From an uncultured Actinomycetes bacterium (lineage in GTDB: Bacteria; Actinomycetota; Actinomycetes; Streptosporangiales; Streptosporangiaceae): a DNA stretch of 64,000 bases. The first letter of the stretch is position 1. Each line of letters opens with the position of its first letter. Location of the stretch: assembly GCA_963742795.1 (NCBI GenBank), contig CAVUNL010000010.1, forward strand, positions 82,827 to 146,826, written 5' to 3'. A program made the translations under genes and the position numbers. Below, in pieces: positions 27,416 to 37,496 of this stretch. Below the pieces are notes generated by a model that saw only the letters and a program-made list of their open reading frames with translations, searched no databases and was not told where the DNA came from.

Positions 27416-29045
27416 CCCGCTCGACGTCCAGGTCGCCGTCGGCCAGGCGGGCGCGGAGCACCTTCTTGTCGAACTTGCCGACCGCGGTCTTGGGGATCTC
27501 GGCCATGAACGTCCAGTTCTCCGGCACCTGCCAGCGCGCCGCCTTGCCGGTCAGGAAGTCGGCCAGCTCGGCGGCCTTGGCCGTCATCCCGGGCCGGAGC
27601 ACCACGGTGGCCAGCGGCCGCTCGCCCCAGCGGGAGTCTGGCATCCCGATCACCGCGGCCTCCTGCACGGCCGGGTGGGCCATGAGCTGGTTCTCCAGGT
27701 CGACCGAGGAGATCCACTCGCCGCCGGACTTGATCACGTCCTTGATCCGGTCGGTGATGGTGAAGAAGCCGCGATCGTCGATCGTCCCGACGTCGCCGGT
27801 GCGCAGCCAGCCGTCGTGGAACTTCTCCGGCGCCGGGTCATTGTGGTAGGACCCTGTGACCCACGGGCCGCGGACCTCGATCTCGCCCTCGCTCACGTCG
27901 TCCCACGGCAGCTCTTCGCCGTTCTTGCCGACCAACCGCATCTCGACCCCGTGGATGACCCGGCCTGAGCGCATCCGCCAGTCCAGGTCCTCGGTCGTCC
28001 CCTCCGGTACCTCCGCGGGCGGTATCGCCATTCCGCCCACCGGGCTCATCTCGGTCATGCCCCAGCCCTGGATGATCCGCAGCCCGTAGCGGTCACCGAA
28101 TCGCTCGAGCATGACCCGGGGCGCGGCCGAGCCGCCGGAGTTGCCCAGGCGCAGCGAGGACAGGTCGATCTCGTGGTCCCGCCCGTAGTCCAGGATCGCG
28201 TTCCAGATGGTCGGCACCCCGGAGGTGACCGTGGACCGCTCGGCGGCAATGAAGGCGGTCAGGTGCTGGGGCTGCAGGAACGGGCCGGGCATGTGCAGCG
28301 TGCTCCCGGACAGGAACGCCGCGTAGGGCAGGCCCCACGCGTTCGCGTGGAACATCGGCACGATGGCCAGCGCCCGGTCCGCCTCACTGATGCCCAGCGG
28401 CGCGGCCATGACCGCCATCGCGTGCAGGTAGGTGGACCGGTGCGAGTACACCACGCCCTTCGGGTCCCCGGTGGTGCCGCTGGTGTAGCACATCAGCGCC
28501 GCGGCGCGCTCGTCCAGTTCCGGCCAGTCGTACCCGGGCTCCTCGCCGGCCAGCAGGTCCGCGTACCGCAGCACCGGCACCGACCCCTCGACCCCCTCCA
28601 GGGCCGACGCGTCGCCCGGGCCGCTGACGATGAACGCCTCGACGGAGGGCATCTGGTCCCTGATCGCGGCCAGCAGCGGGACCAGGCTGTCGTCCACGAT
28701 GATGATCCGGTCCCCGGCGTGCCTGACGATCTGGGCCACCTGCGCGCCGGGTAGCCGGATGTTCAGCGTGTGCAGCACCGCGCCCATCGCGGGGACGCCG
28801 AAATAGGCCTCCAGGTGCTCCTGGTTGTTCCAGCAGAACGTGGCCACCGGGTCGCCGGGATTGATTCCCAGCCGGGCCAGCGCCCCGGCCAGCCGCCCCG
28901 CGTTCTGCGCCACGGTCGCGTACGAGGCCCGGCGAGTGCCCGCCCCGGTCCAGGTCACGCACTCGCTGCGGCCGTACACGCGGGCGCCGTGCCGCATGAT
29001 GCCGCCAATGGTGAGCGGACCGTCCTGCATGGTGCTGCGGATCAT
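27408..29045 (-). CDS. AMP-dependent acyl-CoA synthetase/ligase (FadD-like)
   Basis: YTSGTTGDPKGV AMP-binding motif, GWGMTE and TGD...D. AGGAGG RBS. The ATG overlaps the stop of the upstream small ORF (ATGA). Confidence 0.85.
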   Translation of the reverse strand: MIRSTMQDGPLTIGGIMRHGARVYGRSECVTWTGAGTRRASYATVAQNAGRLAGALARLGINPGDPVATFCWNNQEHLEAYFGVPAMGAVLHTLNIRLPGAQVAQIVRHAGDRIIIVDDSLVPLLAAIRDQMPSVEAFIVSGPGDASALEGVEGSVPVLRYADLLAGEEPGYDWPELDERAAALMCYTSGTTGDPKGVVYSHRSTYLHAMAVMAAPLGISEADRALAIVPMFHANAWGLPYAAFLSGSTLHMPGPFLQPQHLTAFIAAERSTVTSGVPTIWNAILDYGRDHEIDLSSLRLGNSGGSAAPRVMLERFGDRYGLRIIQGWGMTEMSPVGGMAIPPAEVPEGTTEDLDWRMRSGRVIHGVEMRLVGKNGEELPWDDVSEGEIEVRGPWVTGSYHNDPAPEKFHDGWLRTGDVGTIDDRGFFTITDRIKDVIKSGGEWISSVDLENQLMAHPAVQEAAVIGMPDSRWGERPLATVVLRPGMTAKAAELADFLTGKAARWQVPENWTFMAEIPKTAVGKFDKKVLRARLADGDLDVERVS

Positions 29046-29251
29046 CTGGTGCCATCCTCCTCTAACCTCATCCACACCGAAAGATGAGCGGGCTCCAGAG
29101 CATTCTGCACCGTAGTGGCCAATTCGTCCTGGACCGAGTCCAGGCTAGCCGGATCCCGCAGCCTCGCCGCGAACGCGGCCACGATACGGTCCGCGTCATA
29201 CCGGGCCCGGTTGAACCGCCGGTCCACGGCCCGCTGCACCCTCTGCCGCAT
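29042..29251 (-). CDS. 69-aa protein consisting only of an RRFNRxRYDA-type domain
   Basis: DRRFNRARYDADRIVAAFAARLRD...LSVWMR resembles a module I recall from the C-terminal region of larger actinobacterial membrane/sensor proteins. Starts 5 nt after the GHKL ATPase stop and overlaps fadD by 4 nt. Confidence 0.35.
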   Translation of the reverse strand: MRQRVQRAVDRRFNRARYDADRIVAAFAARLRDPASLDSVQDELATTVQNALEPAHLSVWMRLEEDGTR

Positions 29252-29256
29252 GTGCC

Positions 29257-31704
29257 CTATTCGGCGTCGGCGGCCCGGTTCGCGAGCTCACGTTCGATCA
29301 GCGCCACCAGATCCGGGTGCTCACTCAGCCCCCAGAGCACCTCAGCTGGCACCCCGAGCTGGCGGGCGGCCTCGCTGACCGCGGGCCGGAGCATGCCCAG
29401 CGCCTGGGCCAGCCCCTCGTCCCGCGTGTAAGTCGCCGGCAGGTCGTCGAGCGACAAGTCGCCGGGCCGGCGGAAGGCCCCGTCCCGGCCCGGCAGCCAG
29501 GCCTGGCGCGCCGCGGCCTCGCCCATCGCCGACCTGGTCTCCTCGAGGCTGGAGTCGCTGAACGAGGTGAGCACCGACCGCTCGACCACCCCCGCCACCA
29601 GGCGGCGGTTCGGCGCGAGCAGCACGTTCCAGACGTACTCCGAACGGGCGTGGCTGGGATGAGCCAGCGCGAAGTCCAGGCCGTCGACCGCGGCACCGGG
29701 GTCGAACCCGTCCAGCCCGCGCTCGTTCCGCCCGAAGTCGACGGCGATCATCACGTACCCGGCCGCGTTCGGGGTGCGGGCGCTGACCTCCACCGCCTGC
29801 CGGACGCCCATCGCGCGCAACTGGACCAGCCACGGCCCGTATCCGTCGCGGGCGAACCACGCGTCAGGGTTTCCCTCGAAGTAGGCCTCCAGGTCCTTGG
29901 ACCGCTGGTACAGCCGCGGTGGCGGCAGCAGCGCCTGGTCGCCGGTGGCGGCGTTCTCGCCGATGAGGAACGGCGTGGCGGTCACGCTCTCGAGCAGTTC
30001 GGCCCGCCGCCCGGCCGCCGCCTCGTCCATGGCCCGTGCCACCCGTTCAAGGTCGGCGTCGTGCTGGGCCGGATCGAGCGCCGCGAGGTCCAGGCCGTCG
30101 TACCGGGGCAGGACCATCTGGAGCACCTCGGCCACCACGTCCGGCACGGTCAGTTGCAGCGCCGTCAGGAGGGCCCGGGCCGCGGGGGAGTCCGCCACGG
30201 CCCGCCTGACCGTCGGCAGGCTGCTCGGCGCCGGACCGGGCAGGTACACGGCCGGGCGGCCCTGCCCGTCGAACGGCGCGACCTGGCGGCCGTCCTCGAG
30301 CCGGATGATCGGCTTTCCTGTGGCCGTCGGCCACAACGACGGATGGCCGGCCAGGAAGCGGTAGAAGCGCGTGATCCACGGGTCGTTCTGTTCCTGGAGG
30401 AACTCTTCGGTGAGCCGCGTCACCACGGCCTCGGGCGTGATCTCGTCCACGCCGATCTCGTCCCGCAGGTACCACCACAGCGCCGGTGTGCCCCGCTCGC
30501 TGATCGCCGCGTCCGCGAACCGGACCGGCCGCCCCGCCCCGCATAGCACGCCGAGCTGGCCGGGGTCGAGCAGGTCGAGCACCTCCGCGCTGCCGGCCAG
30601 CAGCAGGTCGACGGCCACGCCGTAGCCGCCACCCGCCATCGGGATCAGCGCCTCCGCGGTCAGCGCATCACCCGCCGCGTCAAACAACGGCCGGAACATG
30701 GAGCCGGCCGGAAAGCGCGCCTCCTCCAGCGGCAGCGCCTGCAGCGCATCGGGCGTGAGCAGCCCCTGGTCACGCAGTTCCGGCAGCACCTCGGTCAGCA
30801 GCGCGGCGGTCTGGCGCACCAGTGCCTGGTTCGACGGGTCGTCGCCGGGGATGTTGTCGCGGGCTGGCGTGGTCCGGTAGGGACCCTGGATCAGGAAACC
30901 GAGGAAGGTCTCCTTCTCGGTCGGGAAGAACGCGGTCAGCGGCGACGCTATCACCGCCGCCACCCGCCCGCCCTCCAGCCGGAAGGCGACCTCGACCCGC
31001 TGCTCCGGGTGGCCCTCGACCGGACGCTGCCAGGTGAGCCACCCCTCCCGCCGCCCGTCCCGGGACACCGTCACGCGCCGGGATGCCCCCGTCCCGTCCG
31101 TGACCGAGCGTTCCACTATCGAGTCGGCCGCGCCGGGACCGCCGGTCCGCAGCCGCTTGATGTTCCGCAGGAACAGCAGGATCCGGGGCTGGAGCGTGCC
31201 CAGCGCCGCCGCGATTTCCCGGGTCGCGACCTCGGCGGGCACCGTGTCATGGTCGAACGGGAACACGAACAGCGTCTCGGCCGCCGGCTCGGCGGGCGGA
31301 TTCACGGCGTAGGGCCGGACGAAGTTCTCGATCCGGAACGCCTCGCCGCCGCTGTAGATACGCGGGGTCCTGGTGTACGCGTACACCGACTTGAAGCCGA
31401 TGCCGAACTTCCCGATCGCGGTCAGGTCGCCGGTGATGTCGCTGGCCTTGTCGCTCTGGCCCACCCCGCAGACGCCGCGCACGTCGGCCTCGGTGAAGGG
31501 CCGGCCGTCGTGCCGCAGCTCCAGCCGGTCCTCGAACAGCTCGAAGGCCAGCTCGGTCGCGCCGGCGTCCTCCGCGTTCTGGATCAGCTCGAAGATGAAG
31601 TGGGTGCGCTCGCTGTAGAGCTGCCCGAGCAGGTCCAGCACGGCCGTGTCCCAGCCGTACCGGGCGATGTTCTCCTCGCGAATCCTCTGATAGCCGGCTG
31701 GCAC
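29257..31704 (-). CDS. Large sacsin-like GHKL (HATPase) domain protein, 815 aa
   Basis: The N-terminal THFIFELIQNAEDAGATE...IGKFGIGFKSVYAY matches the sacsin/Hsp90-like ATP-binding motif. I could not assign the remaining ~600 aa to any family. Confidence 0.7.
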   Translation of the reverse strand: MPAGYQRIREENIARYGWDTAVLDLLGQLYSERTHFIFELIQNAEDAGATELAFELFEDRLELRHDGRPFTEADVRGVCGVGQSDKASDITGDLTAIGKFGIGFKSVYAYTRTPRIYSGGEAFRIENFVRPYAVNPPAEPAAETLFVFPFDHDTVPAEVATREIAAALGTLQPRILLFLRNIKRLRTGGPGAADSIVERSVTDGTGASRRVTVSRDGRREGWLTWQRPVEGHPEQRVEVAFRLEGGRVAAVIASPLTAFFPTEKETFLGFLIQGPYRTTPARDNIPGDDPSNQALVRQTAALLTEVLPELRDQGLLTPDALQALPLEEARFPAGSMFRPLFDAAGDALTAEALIPMAGGGYGVAVDLLLAGSAEVLDLLDPGQLGVLCGAGRPVRFADAAISERGTPALWWYLRDEIGVDEITPEAVVTRLTEEFLQEQNDPWITRFYRFLAGHPSLWPTATGKPIIRLEDGRQVAPFDGQGRPAVYLPGPAPSSLPTVRRAVADSPAARALLTALQLTVPDVVAEVLQMVLPRYDGLDLAALDPAQHDADLERVARAMDEAAAGRRAELLESVTATPFLIGENAATGDQALLPPPRLYQRSKDLEAYFEGNPDAWFARDGYGPWLVQLRAMGVRQAVEVSARTPNAAGYVMIAVDFGRNERGLDGFDPGAAVDGLDFALAHPSHARSEYVWNVLLAPNRRLVAGVVERSVLTSFSDSSLEETRSAMGEAAARQAWLPGRDGAFRRPGDLSLDDLPATYTRDEGLAQALGMLRPAVSEAARQLGVPAEVLWGLSEHPDLVALIERELANRAADAE

Positions 31705-31969
31705 CGCCGTTCCTCCCCGCTCTTGCCCCTGCGCTGAATCTACCGGGAGAAGTTTGCGGCTTTGCCTGAGTCGTCCGTGCCTGAGTGGCTAACTTGGATG
31801 AGGAGCCTGCATGCCGACCTCGCTCTGTAGTACCCCGACGTACCACAGGGTGCCCAAGGTCGTCGTGGCCGGTGTCCGTGGGAGGAACTATGGCCGCATC
31901 TGCCTCGCCAGCTTTGGCGATGCCCGTGTCCGGGGAGTCCGGGGAGTCCGAAGAGCTAGCGGTCGTCCG

Positions 31970-32308
31970 ATGAGTCGCCAGTTCGCATGGGGGGACTCAT
32001 CGATGGCCACGCAGCGTGACGACCGGCAGCGCCCCTTGCCGTCAGCGCAGTGCTCGTTGTGCGGTATCGCGCTACCGACCGGCCTGATGGTGCCCGATGG
32101 CGGCCAGGCCTGTGCCGACATCCGCTGGTACTGCAAGGACGCCAAGTCGTGTACCGAACGCTGGACTGCGAGCCTGCCGCGGCACCCGCATATCGCCCCG
32201 ACCCCGGCCAGCCTGGCCCCGGCGCTAGCGCCGATGCCGGCGAGCAGCCCGGTGCCGGCCGAGGTGCGTGGCGCCCCGGAAGAGGCGTGGTCCATCGATC
32301 CCTCTTAG
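31970..32308 (+). CDS. Small Cys-rich (zinc-ribbon-like) hypothetical protein
   Basis: CSLCGIALP...GGQACADIRWYCKDAKSC followed by a Pro/Ala tail. The start is either the ATG at 31970 or the ATG at 32003 (GGGGGGA RBS). Confidence 0.45.
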   Translation: MSRQFAWGDSSMATQRDDRQRPLPSAQCSLCGIALPTGLMVPDGGQACADIRWYCKDAKSCTERWTASLPRHPHIAPTPASLAPALAPMPASSPVPAEVRGAPEEAWSIDPS

Positions 32309-32381
32309 CGGGACACCAGGCCGCGCAGGGCGTTTCTGATCGGCCTGCCCGCGAAGCGTGGCCAGCGCATGCTCGTGACAT

Positions 32382-32735
32382 CCAGTCTCGTCCGTGCCAG
32401 CGCCACCGGTGCCCGCGAGGCAGGTGGAAGATCCGCTCGGTGACCTGCGCCCGCCCATCCGGCCCCGGCTGGAGCCGGGCTAGCTGCGTGAAGTCCTCGT
32501 GGTTCCCGTCCACGAAGGACAGCTCCGCGCCGGATTCCGCGAGCGCGGCGTCGAGCCGGGCCAGGTACTCTTGCCCGCCGGGTCCGGGCCAGATGCCGAA
32601 ATCGCCCAGGTGCACGATGACCCGCGGACCGTCCGCGGGCAGCAGCGCGGTCATCTTGCGCACCGCCCGGGTCGCCCACTCGGTGTTCCCGTGCCAGTCG
32701 CCCGCGACCCCGATGCGTCCCGGTACCCGTTCCAT
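32382..32735 (-). pseudogene. 5' remnant of a calcineurin-like metallophosphoesterase
   Basis: GDWHGN, LGDFG, VDGNHE and HLPRGHRWRW are present. No frame contains the usual C-terminal His motifs. Confidence 0.5.
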
Positions 32736-32758
32736 GTATCAGCAGCGTAGGCGAGAAA

Positions 32759-32773
32759 CCACGGACCGTTCGG
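32759..32773 (-). repeat. Dispersed motif copy 3 (CCGAACGGTCCGTGG on the minus strand, central A to T)
   Basis: Preceded on the minus strand by CCTTTTTGGG. Lies about 25 nt upstream of the phosphoesterase remnant ATG. Confidence 0.7.
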
Positions 32774-32862
32774 CCCAAAAAGGACATGAGGGGTACGGCG
32801 GGTCACCTACCTGCGAAGACATCTGGGCTTTGACAGATATCCACCCATTCGTTTAGCGTCGT

Positions 32863-33705
32863 TTGTCCCGCGTAAATAGTGGAGGGGGGCGAAGCATGCT
32901 GCGAATGCCGGCGGTCTCGGGCCTGACCTTGCGAAGCCCGGTCAGCGGGACGGGGATCGGCGGGCGGCGCTCGCCGGTGGAGGTCGTCGCCACCATGGGG
33001 ACCTACCTGACCCGCACCCACGCCGCCGAGGTGTCCGGGCTGCGCGCCGGGCCGTTCGGGCGGTGGGCCGACGGCGTCACCGCGATGCGCGCCGACTGCG
33101 TCGCCTTCGCCGGTCACTGGCAGACGCACAACGAGCAGGTTCTGCGGACCGCGACGGCCGGGCCGCTGTGGGTGGTGCTGGGGGACTCGACCGCGCAGGG
33201 CCTCGGTGCGCCGACCCCCGAGTACGGGTACGTCGGCCAGGCCCTCGGCGCGCTGCGCCACCGGACCGGCCTGCCGTGGCAGGTGCTCAACCTGTCCGCG
33301 TCCGGTTCGCTCATCCGTGACGTGCTGCACCACCAGCTGCCTCGGCTGCCCGCCTCGGCGGAGCTAGTGACCTGCGGGATCGGCATCAACGACGTCCTGT
33401 ACACCGGGCCTGGGAAGCTGTTCGGCGACCTGCGCGCGCTGCTCGCGGCCGTTCCCGACCGCACCGTCATGCTCGACCTGCCCGTGCCGGCCGGGTACGC
33501 GGGCCTGCTTGGCCGGGCCAGCCGGCCCTACCTGACGCGGATCAACCGCACCCTGCACGAGGCGGCCGCCTCCCGGGGTCTGCCGGTGGCAGAGGTGTCG
33601 GCGCACTTCCTGCCGCCCTGGACCGGGAAGTTCGCGTCCGACTGCTTCCACCCCAGCCAGGACGGCTACCGCGACTGGACCCAGGCCCTGCTAGCCGTCC
33701 TCTGA
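32863..33705 (+). CDS. SGNH/GDSL-type hydrolase
   Basis: LWVVLGDSTAQG (block I), GINDV and DCFHPSQDGY (block V). The true start may be the ATG near 32995. Confidence 0.75.
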   Translation: MSRVNSGGGRSMLRMPAVSGLTLRSPVSGTGIGGRRSPVEVVATMGTYLTRTHAAEVSGLRAGPFGRWADGVTAMRADCVAFAGHWQTHNEQVLRTATAGPLWVVLGDSTAQGLGAPTPEYGYVGQALGALRHRTGLPWQVLNLSASGSLIRDVLHHQLPRLPASAELVTCGIGINDVLYTGPGKLFGDLRALLAAVPDRTVMLDLPVPAGYAGLLGRASRPYLTRINRTLHEAAASRGLPVAEVSAHFLPPWTGKFASDCFHPSQDGYRDWTQALLAVL

Positions 33706-33898
33706 GCGCCGGGTCCCTCTGGCGGCTCGTGCGGGGTTGACCACGTGGCAGGCTCGGAAGAGCATAGAGCGGCAGATCCCGACGACCACTGATGACTTCC
33801 GGCGCGACCTGCGGCCTTTTGATCAGCGCGTACCGGGAATCCCGACTTTCATGCTGATCGTATGATGCGCGGTCGGCATCACTGACGTTGGGTGGTCT

Positions 33899-36631
33899 TT
33901 GGGGGGCGAACGCGTCGTCCCTCATGACGACCCGGAGGTACCGATGGCTGCCCAGGTTCCCGGCCAAGCGTCCACCCGCGGTCGGTGGTCGGCCGTGTCC
34001 GGCGGCGACCCCATCCTGACCTCCAAGATCACTGCACCGAACGTTCCGGACTGGGCGGTACCGCGCCAGCGGATCACCAGGCTGATCGCCGAGGGCACGC
34101 GGTGGTGCCCGCTCACGGTCGTCACCGGTCCTCCAGGGGCGGGCAAGACGATGGCCCTGGGCCTGTGGGCGGCGGCTGAGCCCGGCGCGGTGGCCTGGGT
34201 CGGGCTGGATGAGTTCGACAACCGGCCAGGTGTGTTCTGGTCGTACGTGGTAGCGGCGTTGCGTCAGTCCGGCGTCGCCATCCCGAAGGCGGTGCGGGCC
34301 ACGTCGCAGGAGCGGCAGGGCGAGGACGGGTTCCTGCTGCGGTTGACCGCGGCGCTGGCCGCGCAGGACCCTCCGGTCACGCTGGTCCTCGACGACCTGC
34401 ACCTGCTGACCGATCCCGGGACACTGAAGGGGCTTGAGTTCGTGATGCGGAACGTGGGGCCGGGCCTACGGCTGCTGGTCGCCTCGCGGATGGATCCGCT
34501 GCTGCCGCTGCACCGGTACCGGCTGGCCGGTCAGCTGACCGAGATCCGGGCCAGTGATCTGGCCTTCAGCCTCGACGAGGCCGGCCTGCTACTGGACCAG
34601 CACGGCGCCCTGCTGACGGCGGACGCGCTGGAGAGCCTGAACCGCCGGACCGAAGGCTGGGCGGCCGGCCTGCGCCTGGCCGCGATATCCCTGGGCACTC
34701 ATCCGGATCCGGATCTGTTCGTCAAGGAGCTGATCGCCGAGGACAGCGCCATGACCTGCTATCTGGTTGACGAGGTGCTCAACGTCCAGCCACCGGAGGT
34801 CCGTGAAGTCCTGCTGAGCACCAGCATCCTGGAGCACGTCTGCGGGGCAGCCGCCATCGAGCTGACCGGCGATGAGCAAGCCGCCAGCATTCTGGCCGCC
34901 TTGGTCCGCACGAACGCGCTGGTCCAGCCGATCGGCTCCGGGTGGTACCGCTATCACACGCTGTTCGCCGAGATGCTCCGACTGAGGCTCCGGTACGACC
35001 ATCCGGACCGGGTGGCCGCCTTGCATCAACGGGCGGCCAGGTGGTACGCCCGGAACGGCATGCTCGCCGACGCGGTCCGGCACGCCGCTGCGGCTGGTGA
35101 CTGGCCGCTGGCCGCGGCCATGGTCGTCGACGACCTGGCGCTCAGCCAGATCATCGAGCCGCAGGACGGCCAGCGCCTGGCCGGTGAATTCGCCGGTATG
35201 CCGTCCGGCGAGGCCTGGACTACGCCGCAGCCCCACCTGGTTACGGCTGCGATGGCGCTCCGCGCCGGACAGCATGACGCGGGTGCCGCCGCGCTGAATG
35301 CCGCTGACGCCCTGTTGGAGCGTCTTCCCGCCGACGGGGAGATCAAGGCCCGCCTGACCGCCGCGGTGCTTCGCCTGACCGTCAGCCTGGGCACCGGGGA
35401 CCTAGCGGCGGCGGCGTCGGCCGCCAGCCGCGCGCAGTTCATGCTCGACGAGGTTCCGGGCCGGAAGCTGGCCCGGCATCCGGACATCAGGCGGCGGGTG
35501 CTGTCCGGCCATGCCGCCGTCGAGCTGTGGTCGGGCCGTCTGGACGGGGCGGCCGACGTCCTCGAGGCTGCCGTGACCGCCGAGGCCGCTTCCGGCCGGG
35601 AGCACGAACGGATCAGCCTGACTGGGCGCCTGGCACTGGCGGAGGCGTTGCGCGGACGGCTCCGCCGCGCTGCGGAACTGGCCGGCCAGGCGTCCGCCAT
35701 GGCCAGTGAGCACCGCCCGTCAGGCCCCGGCCCTGCGGCGCTGGTCGCGCTGGCCTGGGTGCACCTGGCCCGCAATGAACTGCGCGAGGCACGCACCCGC
35801 GTCAAGCAGGCAGACGCCGCCCTCGGCGTCAGCCCGGACAAGCTGATCGCGGCGGCGGCCTACCTGGTCGCCGCGAGCGGTGCCCTGGCCGAGGGACGCC
35901 CCGCGGTGGCCACGCAGATCATCGCCCGGGCCAGGTCCGGGTGGTCCGTTCCGGCCTGGCTGGACGAGCAGCTGAGCCTGGCCGAGTCGCGAGCATGCGC
36001 GGCGGCCGGCGACATCCAGGCCGCTCTGACCGCGGCCGAACGGGCCGGCACCTCGCTGGAGGCGGCGATCACGATCGCCCGTGCTTGGGCGGTCGCCGGA
36101 GACGGCGAGGCCGCCCAACGCGCCCTGGCTCCCGCTCTCGCGGCCGATGGCCAGGCACCGGACCCGGTACGCCTGCAAGCGTGGCTGGTGGACGCCCGGC
36201 TCGGCTACGACAGCGGCGACGATGGGCGCGGCCGCCGGTCGCTGGCATGCGCCCTGCGGCTGGCCGAACGCGAGCAGTTCAGGCTGCCGTTCGTGCTGGA
36301 GCGTGGCTGGCTTGGCGCGGTGCTCCGGCGTGACCCCGAGCTAGCCGACTGCCACCGGCTCCTGCTCGCCCCGGCTCTGGGCCAGGACCAGCTTCCGGCG
36401 CCCGTGGACACTGCCGGCCAGCCGCCGGTCCTGATCACGGAGCCGCTCACCGAACGCGAACGGGAGGTGCTCGTGCACGTCTCGGCCATGCTGAACACGG
36501 CCGAAGTCGCCGAGGAGATGTACATCTCCGTCAACACCGTCAAGACCCACCTCAGGAACATCTACCGCAAGCTGGCGGCGGCGCACCGCAGCGAGGCGGT
36601 GCGCCGGGCCCGCCAGCTTCAGCTGATCTGA
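33899..36631 (+). CDS. LAL-type (MalT-like) large ATP-binding LuxR-family regulator
   Basis: Walker A GPPGAGKT, a long TPR-like middle region, and a C-terminal LuxR HTH (LTEREREVLVHVSAMLNTAEVAEEMYISVNTVKTHLRNIYRKL). Confidence 0.85.
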   Translation: MGGERVVPHDDPEVPMAAQVPGQASTRGRWSAVSGGDPILTSKITAPNVPDWAVPRQRITRLIAEGTRWCPLTVVTGPPGAGKTMALGLWAAAEPGAVAWVGLDEFDNRPGVFWSYVVAALRQSGVAIPKAVRATSQERQGEDGFLLRLTAALAAQDPPVTLVLDDLHLLTDPGTLKGLEFVMRNVGPGLRLLVASRMDPLLPLHRYRLAGQLTEIRASDLAFSLDEAGLLLDQHGALLTADALESLNRRTEGWAAGLRLAAISLGTHPDPDLFVKELIAEDSAMTCYLVDEVLNVQPPEVREVLLSTSILEHVCGAAAIELTGDEQAASILAALVRTNALVQPIGSGWYRYHTLFAEMLRLRLRYDHPDRVAALHQRAARWYARNGMLADAVRHAAAAGDWPLAAAMVVDDLALSQIIEPQDGQRLAGEFAGMPSGEAWTTPQPHLVTAAMALRAGQHDAGAAALNAADALLERLPADGEIKARLTAAVLRLTVSLGTGDLAAAASAASRAQFMLDEVPGRKLARHPDIRRRVLSGHAAVELWSGRLDGAADVLEAAVTAEAASGREHERISLTGRLALAEALRGRLRRAAELAGQASAMASEHRPSGPGPAALVALAWVHLARNELREARTRVKQADAALGVSPDKLIAAAAYLVAASGALAEGRPAVATQIIARARSGWSVPAWLDEQLSLAESRACAAAGDIQAALTAAERAGTSLEAAITIARAWAVAGDGEAAQRALAPALAADGQAPDPVRLQAWLVDARLGYDSGDDGRGRRSLACALRLAEREQFRLPFVLERGWLGAVLRRDPELADCHRLLLAPALGQDQLPAPVDTAGQPPVLITEPLTEREREVLVHVSAMLNTAEVAEEMYISVNTVKTHLRNIYRKLAAAHRSEAVRRARQLQLI

Positions 36632-36847
36632 CGAGGTGCTCAGCTGGCACCGCCGCCGTGCAGGGCGTCCTGAAGCTCCGCCTCGCCACGAGCAGTCCAT
36701 CAATGAGCGCGCGGCCGCGCCCCACCCTGGGCGGGTGAGACACCGGGCTCAGCGCGCCCAAATTCACCCGCTACGAGTGGGGCGCACCGGGCCGTGACGC
36801 GTCAGGGTAGGAGCTTGGCCGTGATTCCGAGTTGCTAGGGGCCTGCG

Positions 36848-37087
36848 GTGCCATCGTCGTACTATGAAATCCGGGTAGCGGGCGTCCTCCCGGCCGAGGT
36901 CTTGCTCGATTTCGGCCGGCTCACCGCCTCGGTCGAGCCGGTCGAGACCGTCGTTCACGGCCCCATTCAGGATCAAGCCGCCCTGCAGGGACTGCTCGCC
37001 CGGCTCGAGACCTTCGGCGTGCAGGTCGTAGAGGTCCGGCGGCTGCACGACAGGGATCCCTCGGCCGACGACCGGGACCGCCGGTGA
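36848..37087 (+). CDS. Small YEIRV-motif protein, paralog 1
   Basis: YYEIRVAGVL...TVVHGPIQDQAALQGLLARLETFGVQVVEVRR. Shares its pattern with the next two ORFs. Confidence 0.55.
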   Translation: MPSSYYEIRVAGVLPAEVLLDFGRLTASVEPVETVVHGPIQDQAALQGLLARLETFGVQVVEVRRLHDRDPSADDRDRR

Positions 37088-37236
37088 CCGGCCCGGCCCG
37101 GCCCGCGACAAGGGTGCGGGCCGGCCCCTCCGCGGGCCCGCGGCACGGGCGTCCGCCGCTCATCATCCGCACCGGATGATGTCCCCTCCTGCCTGCCGAA
37201 GGATAGTGGAGGAGAGAGCTGGCCAAGGAGGGCGTG

Positions 37237-37470
37237 ATGGCGACCCGATCCGGGAAGGAGGCCCTCGTGACCGCCTACGAGATCAGGGTGATCGGCTCCT
37301 TTGGCCCGGCGGCGCGTGAGGCGTTCGCCGACATGATGGTGGAGGTGGAGCCGACCATCACGGTCTTGTCCGGTGACCTTGACCAGTGCGGCCTGCACGC
37401 CCTGCTGGATCGCGTGCGCGCGCTGGGTCTTGAACTCGTCGGCGTTAGGCAGGCTCCGTCGTCGGCATGA
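37237..37470 (+). CDS. Small YEIRV-motif protein, paralog 2
   Basis: AAGGAGG RBS. AYEIRVIGSFGPAAREAFADM...TVLSGDLDQCGLHALLDRVRALGLELVGVRQ. Confidence 0.55.
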   Translation: MATRSGKEALVTAYEIRVIGSFGPAAREAFADMMVEVEPTITVLSGDLDQCGLHALLDRVRALGLELVGVRQAPSSA

Positions 37471-37496
37471 CGGCCGTCACGTGCTGGCTGTCCGCC

